DNA of 15,957 bases from Nitrosopumilales archaeon (GTDB taxonomy: Archaea; Thermoproteota; Nitrososphaeria; Nitrososphaerales; Nitrosopumilaceae), in contig JAEHKV010000156.1 in the NCBI GenBank assembly GCA_016838845.1, forward strand, positions 1 through 15,957, read 5' to 3'. Shown in pieces: positions 1-7,529 of this stretch. How positions within the stretch are numbered: position 1 is the stretch's first letter; every line of letters starts with the position of its first letter. The notes under the pieces were generated by a model. It saw nothing but the letters and a program-made list of their open reading frames with translations, ran no database searches and was not told the origin of the DNA. The translations under genes and the position numbers were made by a program.

Positions 1-188
1 GTAAGGCATTTTTGTCCAGGTTCCAATGTTCCTAGTCGCCCATCCATGAGTCCTCCTTGAACAGCCATCCCATCTTCATCATATGTCTCGGGGGCAGTAA
101 TTTCAGCAACTGAATATTTTCTAACTTCAGTTGGAGACCAAACTGAGAATCTTATCGAATCGATTGCTTTAACAGTTTGAACTGACAT
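1..188 (-). CDS. rpoA1: DNA-directed RNA polymerase subunit A' (Rpo1N), N-terminal fragment; gene continues beyond the window start
   Basis: The minus-strand ATG at 188-186 overlaps the rpoB stop (TAATG). My translation is MSVQTVKAIDSIRFSVWSPTEVRKYSVAEITAPETYDEDGMAVQGGLMDGRLGTLEPGQKCLT, with no stop before position 1. It resembles the conserved archaeal A' N-terminus and follows the canonical rpoH-rpoB-rpoA1 order. It is absent from the ORF track because it is open-ended. Confidence 0.88.
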   Translation of the reverse strand, partial: MSVQTVKAIDSIRFSVWSPTEVRKYSVAEITAPETYDEDGMAVQGGLMDGRLGTLEPGQKCL

Positions 189-3100
189 TATACCTTCTCC
201 TTTATCATAAGTCTTGGGGCAATGTTAAGACTTTGCATCTCCTGTAAAAGCAGTTTAAACGCATATGCTACAGAAACTGATGATACCTTAGCTTTGTCGC
301 CACAAACCCTACAAACATACTTTCTTTGTTTGACATCATGATATGCAACCAAGCCACATCTTTCACAGACAAAAATATCAGATTTATCAGATTCGTCTAG
401 TAATCGATCTTTTAGAATCATAGAGGCCCCATAAGCTATCAAACAGTCTCTTTCCATCTCCCCAAATCTTAAACCGCCACCGCGAGCTCTTCCCTCAGTA
501 GGTTGTTTTGTTAACATTTGAACTTGACCTCTTGCCCTAGCATGGATTTTATCAGCTACCATATGGTGTAATTTCTGATAATATACAACTCCAATGAAAA
601 CTTCAACTGGGAAAGATTTTCCAGTTCTTCCGTCGTACATAACTTCTTTTCCTGAATATTTGAAACCAGCATCTTCCATTACATTTTTGACTGCATCAAT
701 TTTTTCTCCTACAAATGCGGAGGCATCAATTTTTCGTCCCCGCAACGCAGCGGCTTTACCAGTAATTGATTCCATAAACATTCCCACAGTCATTCTTGAT
801 GGAAATGCATGTGGGTTGATCAAAACGTCTGGGACAACTCCATCAGCAGTATATGGCAAGTCTTCATTCTTTGCTAAGATTCCAAGAACACCCTTCTGAC
901 CATGTCTAGAAGCAAACTTGTCACCAATTTCTGGAATTCTCATATCTCTAACTCTAATCTTATACATCTTGCCGCCTTCATTGGATTGAGTCATTACGAC
1001 AGTATCAATAACACCAGTTTCTGATGGTCTAACTCCGATTGAGGTATCCCGTCTGTATGGACCGGTGGTCTCAAACTCCCTATATTCTTCCATAAATCTT
1101 GGCGGACTAGTTTTTCCCAGCAAGATATCGCCACCCAGAACTACAGATTCTGATGCAACTACACCATCATCTTCCAACAAACGGTATGCTTTTTCTCCTT
1201 TGTAGCCTCTAATGTTATCTTCAGCATTGGGAATTTCAAACTTGTCACGCATTCCACCAGGATATTGTTTAGCTTCTGCATCATAGATTCTATAAAAGAA
1301 GGTTCTTCCAAGACCTCTATCAACAGCTGCTTGACTCAAAACAATAGCATCTTCAATGTTATATCCATCAAATGGTAAAACTGCAACAACACAATTTTGT
1401 CCAGCAGGCCTATCTTCTAAACCCAATAATTTCATTGCTTTAGTAGAAACAATGGGCGTTTGAGGATAAAGCATGAAATGTTGTCTCACATAAGTGCTAG
1501 TATTCATCATAGGGGTAGAAAATCCTAAACTTTGTTTTGCCATAGCAGATTCATATGTATTTCTTGGAGATTGGTTATGTTCCGGATATGGAATAATTGA
1601 TGCACCAGCGCCCAGAATTGCAGAAGGGAATATTTCCAAATGAGTGTGTTTTTTTGTTTCTTTTTCATCTAGAGTAATATAACAATTTTCTTCTTCATTT
1701 GCATCAATTAGTTCGATGATTCCCATCCTAAGTAGATCATTCCAAGAAAGTAATTTTTTGGTAACTTTACTTAATAATTCTTGAGAAAGCAATGATTTGT
1801 TTTCTTTAATTATGATTAAAGGTCGTAATACTCTTCCAGCATTACAATTTACATAAAGTCTTTTTGTAGCACCTATAATTTCTGATTTGTAAAATGAGAT
1901 TCCTACATGTGGATGAATTTTTGAGCTCCTTCTAAGTTCACGAAGTGACTCGGCTAGTTTTTCGCCTTCTTTATAGTAGCCAATTAATCTTCCATCTACA
2001 AAAACTCTAGTTGCATCTTTTTTTATCTCTTCTTTTGCGTCTAAAAAATGAACTGTGCCCAAATCAAATAGTTTTTCAACAATTTCTTCAGAAGCGACAT
2101 TTACTGAAATTATCGCTGAAAGCGCCAGGTTTTTTACTAATCCACAATTCGATCCCTCTGGAGTTTCACTAGGACAAATTCGTCCAAAGTGTGTAGCGTG
2201 TAAGTCTCTTGCTTCAAAATTAGGTTGTGTCCTACTAAGTGGGGATTGGATTCTTCTCAAGTGACTGATTGTTGAAAGGTAATTGGTTCTATCAAGGAGT
2301 TGAGTAACACCGACTCTACCTCTACCCCAGTTTCCGGTGGCGATTGCATTGTTTAGCTTATCTGAAACAATTCCTGGTCTTATCGCTGCAGCTACTGCGT
2401 TAATTCCACGTTTTTGTCCAGATCGTTCAAGTTGATATTTCATATCTCTAACCAAGTTTCTAAAAGCTGTTCTAAACAAATCAGCTAACATTTGACCTGC
2501 AAATTTGATTACTTTATTTCCATAATGATCTTTATCATCAGGATAAACCCAACCAAGTTTTAATTCAAGTAATTTGCAAGCAGCTTCACCGAGAAATTGC
2601 GCCTTTTCTTTTCTATTCTCTGGATGCTTTCCTAAGTGAGGTAACAAACCCCAGTCCAATAATGTTTCAGCTCTTTTAATTTGGAATTCTTCCAGCATAC
2701 CCGGCGCAATTCGTTTACTAATGTAGACTGTTGCGTCCTTTGCTGTTGGAACATCACCCGCTTTTTCAAAAGAAGCTTCTAACTCATCTTGAATTTCATC
2801 CACAAGTGAAACTGAAGCTGCAATTTCTTTGTCAGATTCTAAACCAAGTGCTCGCATTAAAGTTACAACGGGTATATCTACAGGAGACCCAGGTATTCTT
2901 GCAACAATAAGACCATCATGTTTCATTACTAATTCTAATTTTGCACGATATCCAACAATTGAAGAATAAACTTTGGCTTTGTAAACTATGTTGCCTCCAA
3001 CTGTTTCTTTATCAACAATAATTTTATTATAAGAAAGATCCTCCAATCCAACAATTACTCTTTCTGAACCATTGATTATGAAATATCCACCTGGATCATT

Positions 3101-3535
3101 TGGATCTTCTCCGTGTTCAACAAGCTTTTGAGAAGGGAAATTATGTAAGATACAAGCATTTGAACGCACCATAACTGGAATGTCGCCAATATGAACAAAT
3201 CTAGATTCTAGAATTTTGCCATCTTCAACCACGCTAGCTTCCATCATTACAGGTGAGGAATACGATACATTTCGCAATCTTGCTTCTGCTGGAGTGATGT
3301 GTGTAATGGAACCATCAAGTTCCATCATTCTAGGTTGTTGTAATTTTACTTTACCAAGCTGAATTTTATAAGGATATTCTGCATTTTCAATTTCAATTTG
3401 AGCCACTTCGTTAATGATGCTTTGGAATCCCCTTTCCAAAAATTCGTCAAATGAATTCAAATGTTGACGGGCTATACCTTCTCTTTTAAGAATATCTTGA
3501 ATAATTGCCCATCTTTTGTTTGCTGATTCTGCCAA
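188..3535 (-). CDS. rpoB: DNA-directed RNA polymerase subunit B (Rpo2), unsplit
   Basis: 1115-aa ORF with hallmark second-largest-subunit motifs (SRHGQKG, GGLRFGEMERDCLIAYGA) and a C-terminal Zn-ribbon (CERCGL...CRVCG). It is a single polypeptide rather than B'/B''. The start is TTG at 3535-3533, directly abutting the rpoH stop (TAA TTG). Confidence 0.97.
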   Translation of the reverse strand: MAESANKRWAIIQDILKREGIARQHLNSFDEFLERGFQSIINEVAQIEIENAEYPYKIQLGKVKLQQPRMMELDGSITHITPAEARLRNVSYSSPVMMEASVVEDGKILESRFVHIGDIPVMVRSNACILHNFPSQKLVEHGEDPNDPGGYFIINGSERVIVGLEDLSYNKIIVDKETVGGNIVYKAKVYSSIVGYRAKLELVMKHDGLIVARIPGSPVDIPVVTLMRALGLESDKEIAASVSLVDEIQDELEASFEKAGDVPTAKDATVYISKRIAPGMLEEFQIKRAETLLDWGLLPHLGKHPENRKEKAQFLGEAACKLLELKLGWVYPDDKDHYGNKVIKFAGQMLADLFRTAFRNLVRDMKYQLERSGQKRGINAVAAAIRPGIVSDKLNNAIATGNWGRGRVGVTQLLDRTNYLSTISHLRRIQSPLSRTQPNFEARDLHATHFGRICPSETPEGSNCGLVKNLALSAIISVNVASEEIVEKLFDLGTVHFLDAKEEIKKDATRVFVDGRLIGYYKEGEKLAESLRELRRSSKIHPHVGISFYKSEIIGATKRLYVNCNAGRVLRPLIIIKENKSLLSQELLSKVTKKLLSWNDLLRMGIIELIDANEEENCYITLDEKETKKHTHLEIFPSAILGAGASIIPYPEHNQSPRNTYESAMAKQSLGFSTPMMNTSTYVRQHFMLYPQTPIVSTKAMKLLGLEDRPAGQNCVVAVLPFDGYNIEDAIVLSQAAVDRGLGRTFFYRIYDAEAKQYPGGMRDKFEIPNAEDNIRGYKGEKAYRLLEDDGVVASESVVLGGDILLGKTSPPRFMEEYREFETTGPYRRDTSIGVRPSETGVIDTVVMTQSNEGGKMYKIRVRDMRIPEIGDKFASRHGQKGVLGILAKNEDLPYTADGVVPDVLINPHAFPSRMTVGMFMESITGKAAALRGRKIDASAFVGEKIDAVKNVMEDAGFKYSGKEVMYDGRTGKSFPVEVFIGVVYYQKLHHMVADKIHARARGQVQMLTKQPTEGRARGGGLRFGEMERDCLIAYGASMILKDRLLDESDKSDIFVCERCGLVAYHDVKQRKYVCRVCGDKAKVSSVSVAYAFKLLLQEMQSLNIAPRLMIKEKV

Positions 3536-3787
3536 TTACACTTCCACCACATATCTGTAGTACAAACTGTGGCCAGCAGTACTACTTTTTCTTGTAATTT
3601 TGATCATGTCACCCGGTTTAACGCCTTGACCAATGATTGCAGGATCAGTAACAAAAATCAATGGAAGTTCGGTAAGTTTACAATTGAATTTTATTAAAAT
3701 TTCTTCAGCTTCTTTTTTAGACATTATTTCATGTTTTGGAACATATACATGGTCTGGAACTAGAATGGGGTTTTTTTTAGAGGCCAT
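3536..3787 (-). CDS. rpoH: DNA-directed RNA polymerase subunit H (Rpo5)
   Basis: MASKKNPILVPDHVYVPKHEIMSKKEAEEIL...GDMIKITRKSSTAGHSLYYRYVVEV fits the RpoH/Rpb5 C-terminal-domain pattern, and the gene sits immediately upstream of rpoB. I prefer the ATG at 3787 (83 aa) over the track's 3811, because the only TATA-like box (3815-3825) lies 27-30 nt from 3787 and only about 3-6 nt from 3811. Confidence 0.88.
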   Translation of the reverse strand: MASKKNPILVPDHVYVPKHEIMSKKEAEEILIKFNCKLTELPLIFVTDPAIIGQGVKPGDMIKITRKSSTAGHSLYYRYVVEV

Positions 3788-3814
3788 GTGATAAAACCTC
3801 AAAACTAACATTAG

Positions 3815-3825
3815 CTATAATATAA
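3815..3825 (-). promoter_or_regulatory. Putative TATA box of the rpoH-rpoB-rpoA1 operon
   Basis: The minus strand reads tctattatattatag and ends 27-30 nt upstream of the ATG at 3787. Confidence 0.4.
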
Positions 3826-3929
3826 TAGAGAACAAACAAACAGAAAAAAATCACCGAGAGGTTAATATATATCTAATCTGGCAGCCAGCCAAAAATTCAT
3901 TTTTTTGGTCAAGATTATTTTTCACAACC

Positions 3930-3937
3930 TTAAATAA
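3930..3937 (+). promoter_or_regulatory. Putative TATA box, PEFG paralog 1
   Basis: TTAAATAA, followed by 22 nt and then the ATG at 3960. Confidence 0.4.
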
Positions 3938-3959
3938 TATTAATTGGGGCGTTATCACA

Positions 3960-4775
3960 ATGAGATCTCATTTTCTTGTATTTGCTTTAACTACAATCTT
4001 AGTTCTAAGTATTGGGGTTTCTTCAACATTTGCACTAGAGGAACTAATTGTTGTTACAACTGATAAGACCTCTTATGCTGAAGGAGATACCGTCATAGTT
4101 TCCGGAGAAGTGAGGGAGATTTTGACTGGTTTTCCTGTAACTCTTCAGGTAATAGCTGCTAATGGAAACTTGGTGACTATTGAACAGCTTCAAGTTGGTG
4201 CAGACAGAATGTTTAGCACTACATTAAGTGCTGATGGACCCCTTTGGTCTTCACAGGGCACTTACACTATAAAGGTCCAACATGGAACTGATGCTAGAAC
4301 TGCTGAAACAACATTTGAGTTTGGAGGAACAACAGGTACCGGAACAACGCCAACATTTGGACAATCATTGACTGAGGGGGAATTCGGCTTGACCTATCAA
4401 ATAACTGGTGGGAGTGTTGTTAGTATCATTCCAGATGTTGATCAAAGTTCATTAATTATCGTAATAGAAGCATCAGACGATGGTGAATTAACAATCACAT
4501 TGCCAAGAGAAATAATTGATGCAAAAATTGGTGATGCTGATGATGACTTTTTTGTTTTAGTTGATGCTGAAGAAGTAGACTTTGATGAAATAGTAACTGA
4601 AACTGATAGAACCCTAACAATTGGATTCCTTGCTGGCACTGAAGAAATAGAAATAATTGGCACTTTTGTGATTCCAGAATTTGGTACTATTGCAGCCTTG
4701 ATTCTTGCAGTGGCGATTATATCAATAATTGTGGTTTCTGCCAAGACAAGATTAAGCATAATGCCAAAATACTAG
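3960..4775 (+). CDS. Secreted PEFG-CTERM sorting-domain protein, paralog 1 (N-module + C-module + PEFG anchor)
   Basis: Signal peptide MRSHFLVFALTTILVLSIGVSSTFA. About 90-aa module at aa 28-121 (TDKTSYAEGDTVIVSGEV...NGNLVTIEQLQVGADRMFS...GPLWSSQGTYTIKVQHG). Second module at aa ~141-237 ending EIEIIGTF. C-terminus IPEFGTIAALILAVAIISIIVVSAKTRLSIMPKY, i.e. PEFG, a hydrophobic helix and a basic cluster. Confidence 0.85.
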   Translation: MRSHFLVFALTTILVLSIGVSSTFALEELIVVTTDKTSYAEGDTVIVSGEVREILTGFPVTLQVIAANGNLVTIEQLQVGADRMFSTTLSADGPLWSSQGTYTIKVQHGTDARTAETTFEFGGTTGTGTTPTFGQSLTEGEFGLTYQITGGSVVSIIPDVDQSSLIIVIEASDDGELTITLPREIIDAKIGDADDDFFVLVDAEEVDFDEIVTETDRTLTIGFLAGTEEIEIIGTFVIPEFGTIAALILAVAIISIIVVSAKTRLSIMPKY

Positions 4776-4783
4776 ATCATCAA

Positions 4784-4799
4784 ATTTTTTCATTTTTTT
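4784..4799 (+). terminator. Oligo-T tracts downstream of PEFG paralog 1 (putative archaeal intrinsic terminator)
   Basis: ttttttcattttttt lies directly after the stop codon. Archaeal RNAP terminates at oligo-T runs. The tract overlaps the next gene's upstream promoter region. Confidence 0.35.
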
Positions 4800-4814
4800 A
4801 AATATACATAAATA
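4797..4814 (+). promoter_or_regulatory. Putative BRE/TATA region, PEFG paralog 2
   Basis: TTTAAATATACATAAATA ends 25 nt before the ATG at 4840. It lies within the duplicated block. Confidence 0.45.
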
Positions 4815-4839
4815 CCCTCGTTGTTGCATCTTTGATAAG

Positions 4840-5694
4840 ATGAGTCTTAAAAGACCGACAACGATGTTCGCATTTTTCTTGCTGAGTGTGTCTATCCTTT
4901 CAGGATTTGCATTTCAAGATTTCGCATATGCAGAAACTGGTATGGAAGTATCAGTAAATGCTGATGAGGGCTCTACAACTATTTCAGTGAGTGGCCATAC
5001 AAGTGTTGGAAATAACGACATTACTATTAGGATCCAAGCACCGAATGGCAACATAATCTCGGCATATCAAGTATCACCTAATGCAGATGGTGACTTTATG
5101 AAGGATGTGCAAATAGGTGGTAAGTTATGGAGCCAGGATGGCATGTATACTATAAGAGTTCAACAAGGTTCAAGTTCACTATACAGTTTTAACCTACAAG
5201 CTGAGGTGAATGGGGGAACTACTGTTACAACTTCTGTTTCTGAATCAACACTAGAAGCAGGATTTACTGCTGGAGTTGGTCCCATAATAGGTGGTAAAGC
5301 AGCTACTGGTTTGACAATTGAAGCTGATGCTGTCGAAGGATCAATTACAATAACCATCAATGGTCATACTGATCGTTCTGGTGCAATAACCATTCAAGTA
5401 ATTTCACCAAATGGAAATAGAGTTGATCTTGCTCAAGTAATGCCTGACGCAGATGGTGACTTTACGGCAGAATTTCGTACCGATAGTCCGCTATGGAATC
5501 AAGATGGAGATTATACCATAAATGTACAACAAGGATCAGGTTCGGCATACCAAGATTCAGTAGCAGTGCTAGTTGTTGACGGTGCGGTAATTCCAGAATT
5601 TGGTACTATTGCGGCCTTGATTCTTGCAGTGGCGATTATATCAATAATTGCGGTTTCTGCTAGGACAAAACTAAGCATAATGCCAAAATACTAG
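4840..5694 (+). CDS. Secreted PEFG-CTERM sorting-domain protein, paralog 2 (two tandem N-modules, no C-module)
   Basis: Signal peptide ending FAYA. Two copies of the module: aa ~35-122 (ITIRIQAPNGNIISAYQVSPNADGDFMKDVQIGGKLWSQDGMYTIRVQQG) and aa ~158-246 (ITIQVISPNGNRVDLAQVMPDADGDFTAEFRTDSPLWNQDGDYTINVQQG). C-terminus IPEFGTIAALILAVAIISIIAVSARTKLSIMPKY. Confidence 0.85.
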   Translation: MSLKRPTTMFAFFLLSVSILSGFAFQDFAYAETGMEVSVNADEGSTTISVSGHTSVGNNDITIRIQAPNGNIISAYQVSPNADGDFMKDVQIGGKLWSQDGMYTIRVQQGSSSLYSFNLQAEVNGGTTVTTSVSESTLEAGFTAGVGPIIGGKAATGLTIEADAVEGSITITINGHTDRSGAITIQVISPNGNRVDLAQVMPDADGDFTAEFRTDSPLWNQDGDYTINVQQGSGSAYQDSVAVLVVDGAVIPEFGTIAALILAVAIISIIAVSARTKLSIMPKY

Positions 5695-5703
5695 ATCATC
5701 AAA

Positions 5704-5719
5704 TTTTTTTTATTTTTTT
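5704..5719 (+). terminator. Oligo-T tracts downstream of PEFG paralog 2
   Basis: ttttttttattttttt after the stop codon, duplicated with the element at 4784-4799. Confidence 0.35.
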
Positions 5720-5734
5720 AAATATACATAAATA
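5717..5734 (+). promoter_or_regulatory. Putative BRE/TATA region, PEFG paralog 3
   Basis: An identical TTTAAATATACATAAATA ends 25 nt before the ATG at 5760. Confidence 0.45.
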
Positions 5735-5759
5735 GAGATGGTGCTAAAACGCAAATAAG

Positions 5760-6629
5760 ATGAATGTTCATACCTCGTATGTTTTAATTGCTATTCTGGC
5801 CGCAGTTGCAACCATGTCAATCTCATCTGCTTTTGCACTTGAACAGGCATTTCCTGGTTCCGTAGAAGAAGGAACAATAACAGCTCAACAAACTTTGCTT
5901 GATGAAATACCCATATCTGTTTGGACTGATAGTTCAATCTATGATCATGAAACGGCTATTAATGTTCAAGGCAAAGTAGCTAATACTGGATCAGGCAATG
6001 AAGTTACCTTAAGGGTAATTAGTCCATCTAATAATATAGTTACAGTTGCTCAGCTATCTGTTGATAACAACGGAATGTTTAGTATAACCTTGAGTACTGC
6101 AGGCAACTTGTGGAAATACGATGGTGTTTACACTATTAAAGTTCAGTATGGAGGCGAAGCAGTAAACAACAAAGTTTCTGTGGAACTAACGGGTGGAATT
6201 GCTTATGCTCAAACTACTTCAGAACCAACAGTTGGATGTGGATCTTCTGAACTATCTGCAACTGGAGCTTGTGTGCCTTTCAGCATTTCTGGGGCTACAG
6301 TAACAGGTGCATGGTTTAGTACAGATACAAATTCGCTTACTGTAAAACTCGGAGGAGTTGATGAGGGTATACTCACCGTGGATCCATCAAGCGATGCGAT
6401 TAGAGGCATATTCATGGTTCTAGTTGATGGTCAAGAGTGGGATGATGTAGACATTAATGGAAACGAAGTAACTGTGATGTTTCCAGCTGGAACTGAAGAA
6501 ATCGAGATCATAGGTACTTTCGCAATACCAGAATTTGGTACCATTACAGCCTTGATTCTTGCAGTGGCAATTATATCAATAATTGTGGTTTCTGCCAAGA
6601 CCAGACTAAGCGTAATGCCAAAATTCTAA
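5760..6629 (+). CDS. Secreted PEFG-CTERM sorting-domain protein, paralog 3
   Basis: Signal peptide ending SSAFA. N-module at aa ~51-143 (VTLRVISPSNNIVTVAQLSVDNNGMFSITLSTAGNLWKYDGVYTIKVQYG). A Cys pair (VGCGSS...GACVPF). A divergent C-module ending GTEEIEIIGTF. C-terminus IPEFGTITALILAVAIISIIVVSAKTRLSVMPKF. Confidence 0.85.
   Translation: MNVHTSYVLIAILAAVATMSISSAFALEQAFPGSVEEGTITAQQTLLDEIPISVWTDSSIYDHETAINVQGKVANTGSGNEVTLRVISPSNNIVTVAQLSVDNNGMFSITLSTAGNLWKYDGVYTIKVQYGGEAVNNKVSVELTGGIAYAQTTSEPTVGCGSSELSATGACVPFSISGATVTGAWFSTDTNSLTVKLGGVDEGILTVDPSSDAIRGIFMVLVDGQEWDDVDINGNEVTVMFPAGTEEIEIIGTFAIPEFGTITALILAVAIISIIVVSAKTRLSVMPKF
6525..6629 (+). repeat. Repeat copy C (coding part only) of the sorting-signal block
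   Basis: ataccagaatttggtaccattacagccttgattcttgcagtggcaattatatcaataattgtggtttctgccaagaccagactaagcgtaatgccaaaattctaa is highly similar to 4671-4775. Similarity to paralog 1 extends upstream to about 6486 (GTEEIEIIGTF codons). The downstream intergenic region is not shared. Confidence 0.75.
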
Positions 6630-6669
6630 CTATTCCTTTTTCTATTTTTCAAATCATGCAATAGTAAAG

Positions 6670-6677
6670 GAAATATA
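6670..6677 (+). promoter_or_regulatory. Putative TATA box, PEFG paralog 4
   Basis: GAAATATA, followed by 21 nt and then the GTG at 6699. Confidence 0.3.
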
Positions 6678-6698
6678 CAATTTCCATTCACTCTCCTC

Positions 6699-7505
6699 GT
6701 GAACTCAAAAATTTTCTTTTTTGTGATTATATTGTTTTTTTTCACAACCCCAAGTTTTGCTCAGGAACCTATACTTTCAGTTAATGTATCAAATGATTCA
6801 TTTGAAGAGGGAGATACAATTGTTATTTCTGGAAAAGTATCTATTATTATTCTTGAAACGCCAGTTACCATTCAAATTTTTAATGAAGGCAATCTAATTG
6901 AGATAGCACAGATTGTTGTTGCTCAAGATGGAAGCTTTACACACACTATACTTGCTGAAGGACAATTATGGCAAAATGAAGGCAATTATACGGTTAGAGC
7001 AGCTTATGGAGAGGGCAATATAGCAGAAGCAAGTTTTGAATTTTTTAAACAAATAGCAATTACTGATACGTCAGAATTTTTTGAAGTTGATGCTGGTAGT
7101 TCTGGAACTTTTGATGTTGAATACATCATCAGAGGAGGTACAGTGAAAGATATGATTGTGGATCCAGAAATCTTTGCTCTTATTGTAATTATTGAATCAA
7201 CTGGTGATGGCAGTTTGACACTTGATCTTCCCAGAGTATCAATTGATGCAACAAAGTCAGATGGGTCTGATGATCTTTTTATAATTTTAATTGATGGTAT
7301 TGAAGTTATTTATGATGAATCTATAACTAACGAAAAGACTAGAACAATAACAATTCAATTTGAACAGGGAGATTCAGATATTGAGGTTATTGGTACTTTT
7401 ATTATTCCTGAATTTGGAACAATAGCATCTTTGATTTTAGCTGTGTCTATTATTTCTGTAATTATTTTATCTGCAAAGAAAAAAATGCAAATAGGATTTA
7501 ATTAA
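6699..7505 (+). CDS. Secreted PEFG-CTERM sorting-domain protein, paralog 4 (most divergent)
   Basis: GTG start. Signal peptide MNSKIFFFVIILFFFTTPSFA. N-module at aa ~25-116 (VTIQIFNEGNLIEIAQIVVAQDGSFTHTILAEGQLWQNEGNYTVRAAYG). C-module collinear with paralog 1 (GGTVKDMIVDPE...LTLDLPRVSIDAT...DDLFIILIDGIEV...DIEVIGTF). C-terminus IPEFGTIASLILAVSIISVIILSAKKKMQIGFN. Confidence 0.8.
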   Translation: MNSKIFFFVIILFFFTTPSFAQEPILSVNVSNDSFEEGDTIVISGKVSIIILETPVTIQIFNEGNLIEIAQIVVAQDGSFTHTILAEGQLWQNEGNYTVRAAYGEGNIAEASFEFFKQIAITDTSEFFEVDAGSSGTFDVEYIIRGGTVKDMIVDPEIFALIVIIESTGDGSLTLDLPRVSIDATKSDGSDDLFIILIDGIEVIYDESITNEKTRTITIQFEQGDSDIEVIGTFIIPEFGTIASLILAVSIISVIILSAKKKMQIGFN

Positions 7506-7529
7506 TTAAAAATAAGATTATTGAGATAA

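Larger units (their letters stand above)
4671..4814 (+). repeat. Repeat copy A: PEFG-CTERM coding segment + stop + T-rich spacer + TATA region
   Basis: By eye, about 95 percent identical to 5590-5734 (roughly 7 differences). The identity starts exactly at the ATT CCA GAA TTT GGT (IPEFG) codons and continues through the stop codon into the next gene's promoter. The gene bodies upstream are much more divergent. Confidence 0.85.
5590..5734 (+). repeat. Repeat copy B of the sorting-signal/intergenic block
   Basis: Aligns with 4671-4814, including tactagatcatcaaatttttt...tttttaaatatacataaata. Confidence 0.85.

Noticed and set aside
594-2264. Plus-strand ORFs 594-899 (101 aa) and 2055-2264 (69 aa).
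   Set aside because: Both lie entirely antisense within rpoB, whose coding identity is unambiguous. They are low-complexity shadow ORFs with no motifs and no promoter context.
3788-3811. Eight-codon N-terminal extension of rpoH (MLVLRFYH) given by the ORF track.
   Set aside because: The only TATA-like element (3815-3825) would sit just 3-6 nt from that ATG. The second ATG (3787) gives the expected spacing and an RpoH-like N-terminus.
4671-5734. The repeated ~145-bp blocks as possible terminal repeats of a mobile element or MITE.
   Set aside because: No transposase, inverted termini or target-site duplications are visible. The copies are direct and start precisely at a codon boundary of a conserved protein motif. 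Paralog gene conversion or duplication is the simpler explanation.
4442-6415. Minus-strand ORFs 4442-4759, 5160-5360 and 6209-6415, antisense to the PEFG paralogs.
   Set aside because: These are shadow ORFs inside genes that have clear signal peptides, shared modules and sorting signals on the plus strand. Their translations are Ser/Ile/Val-rich low-complexity mirror sequences.
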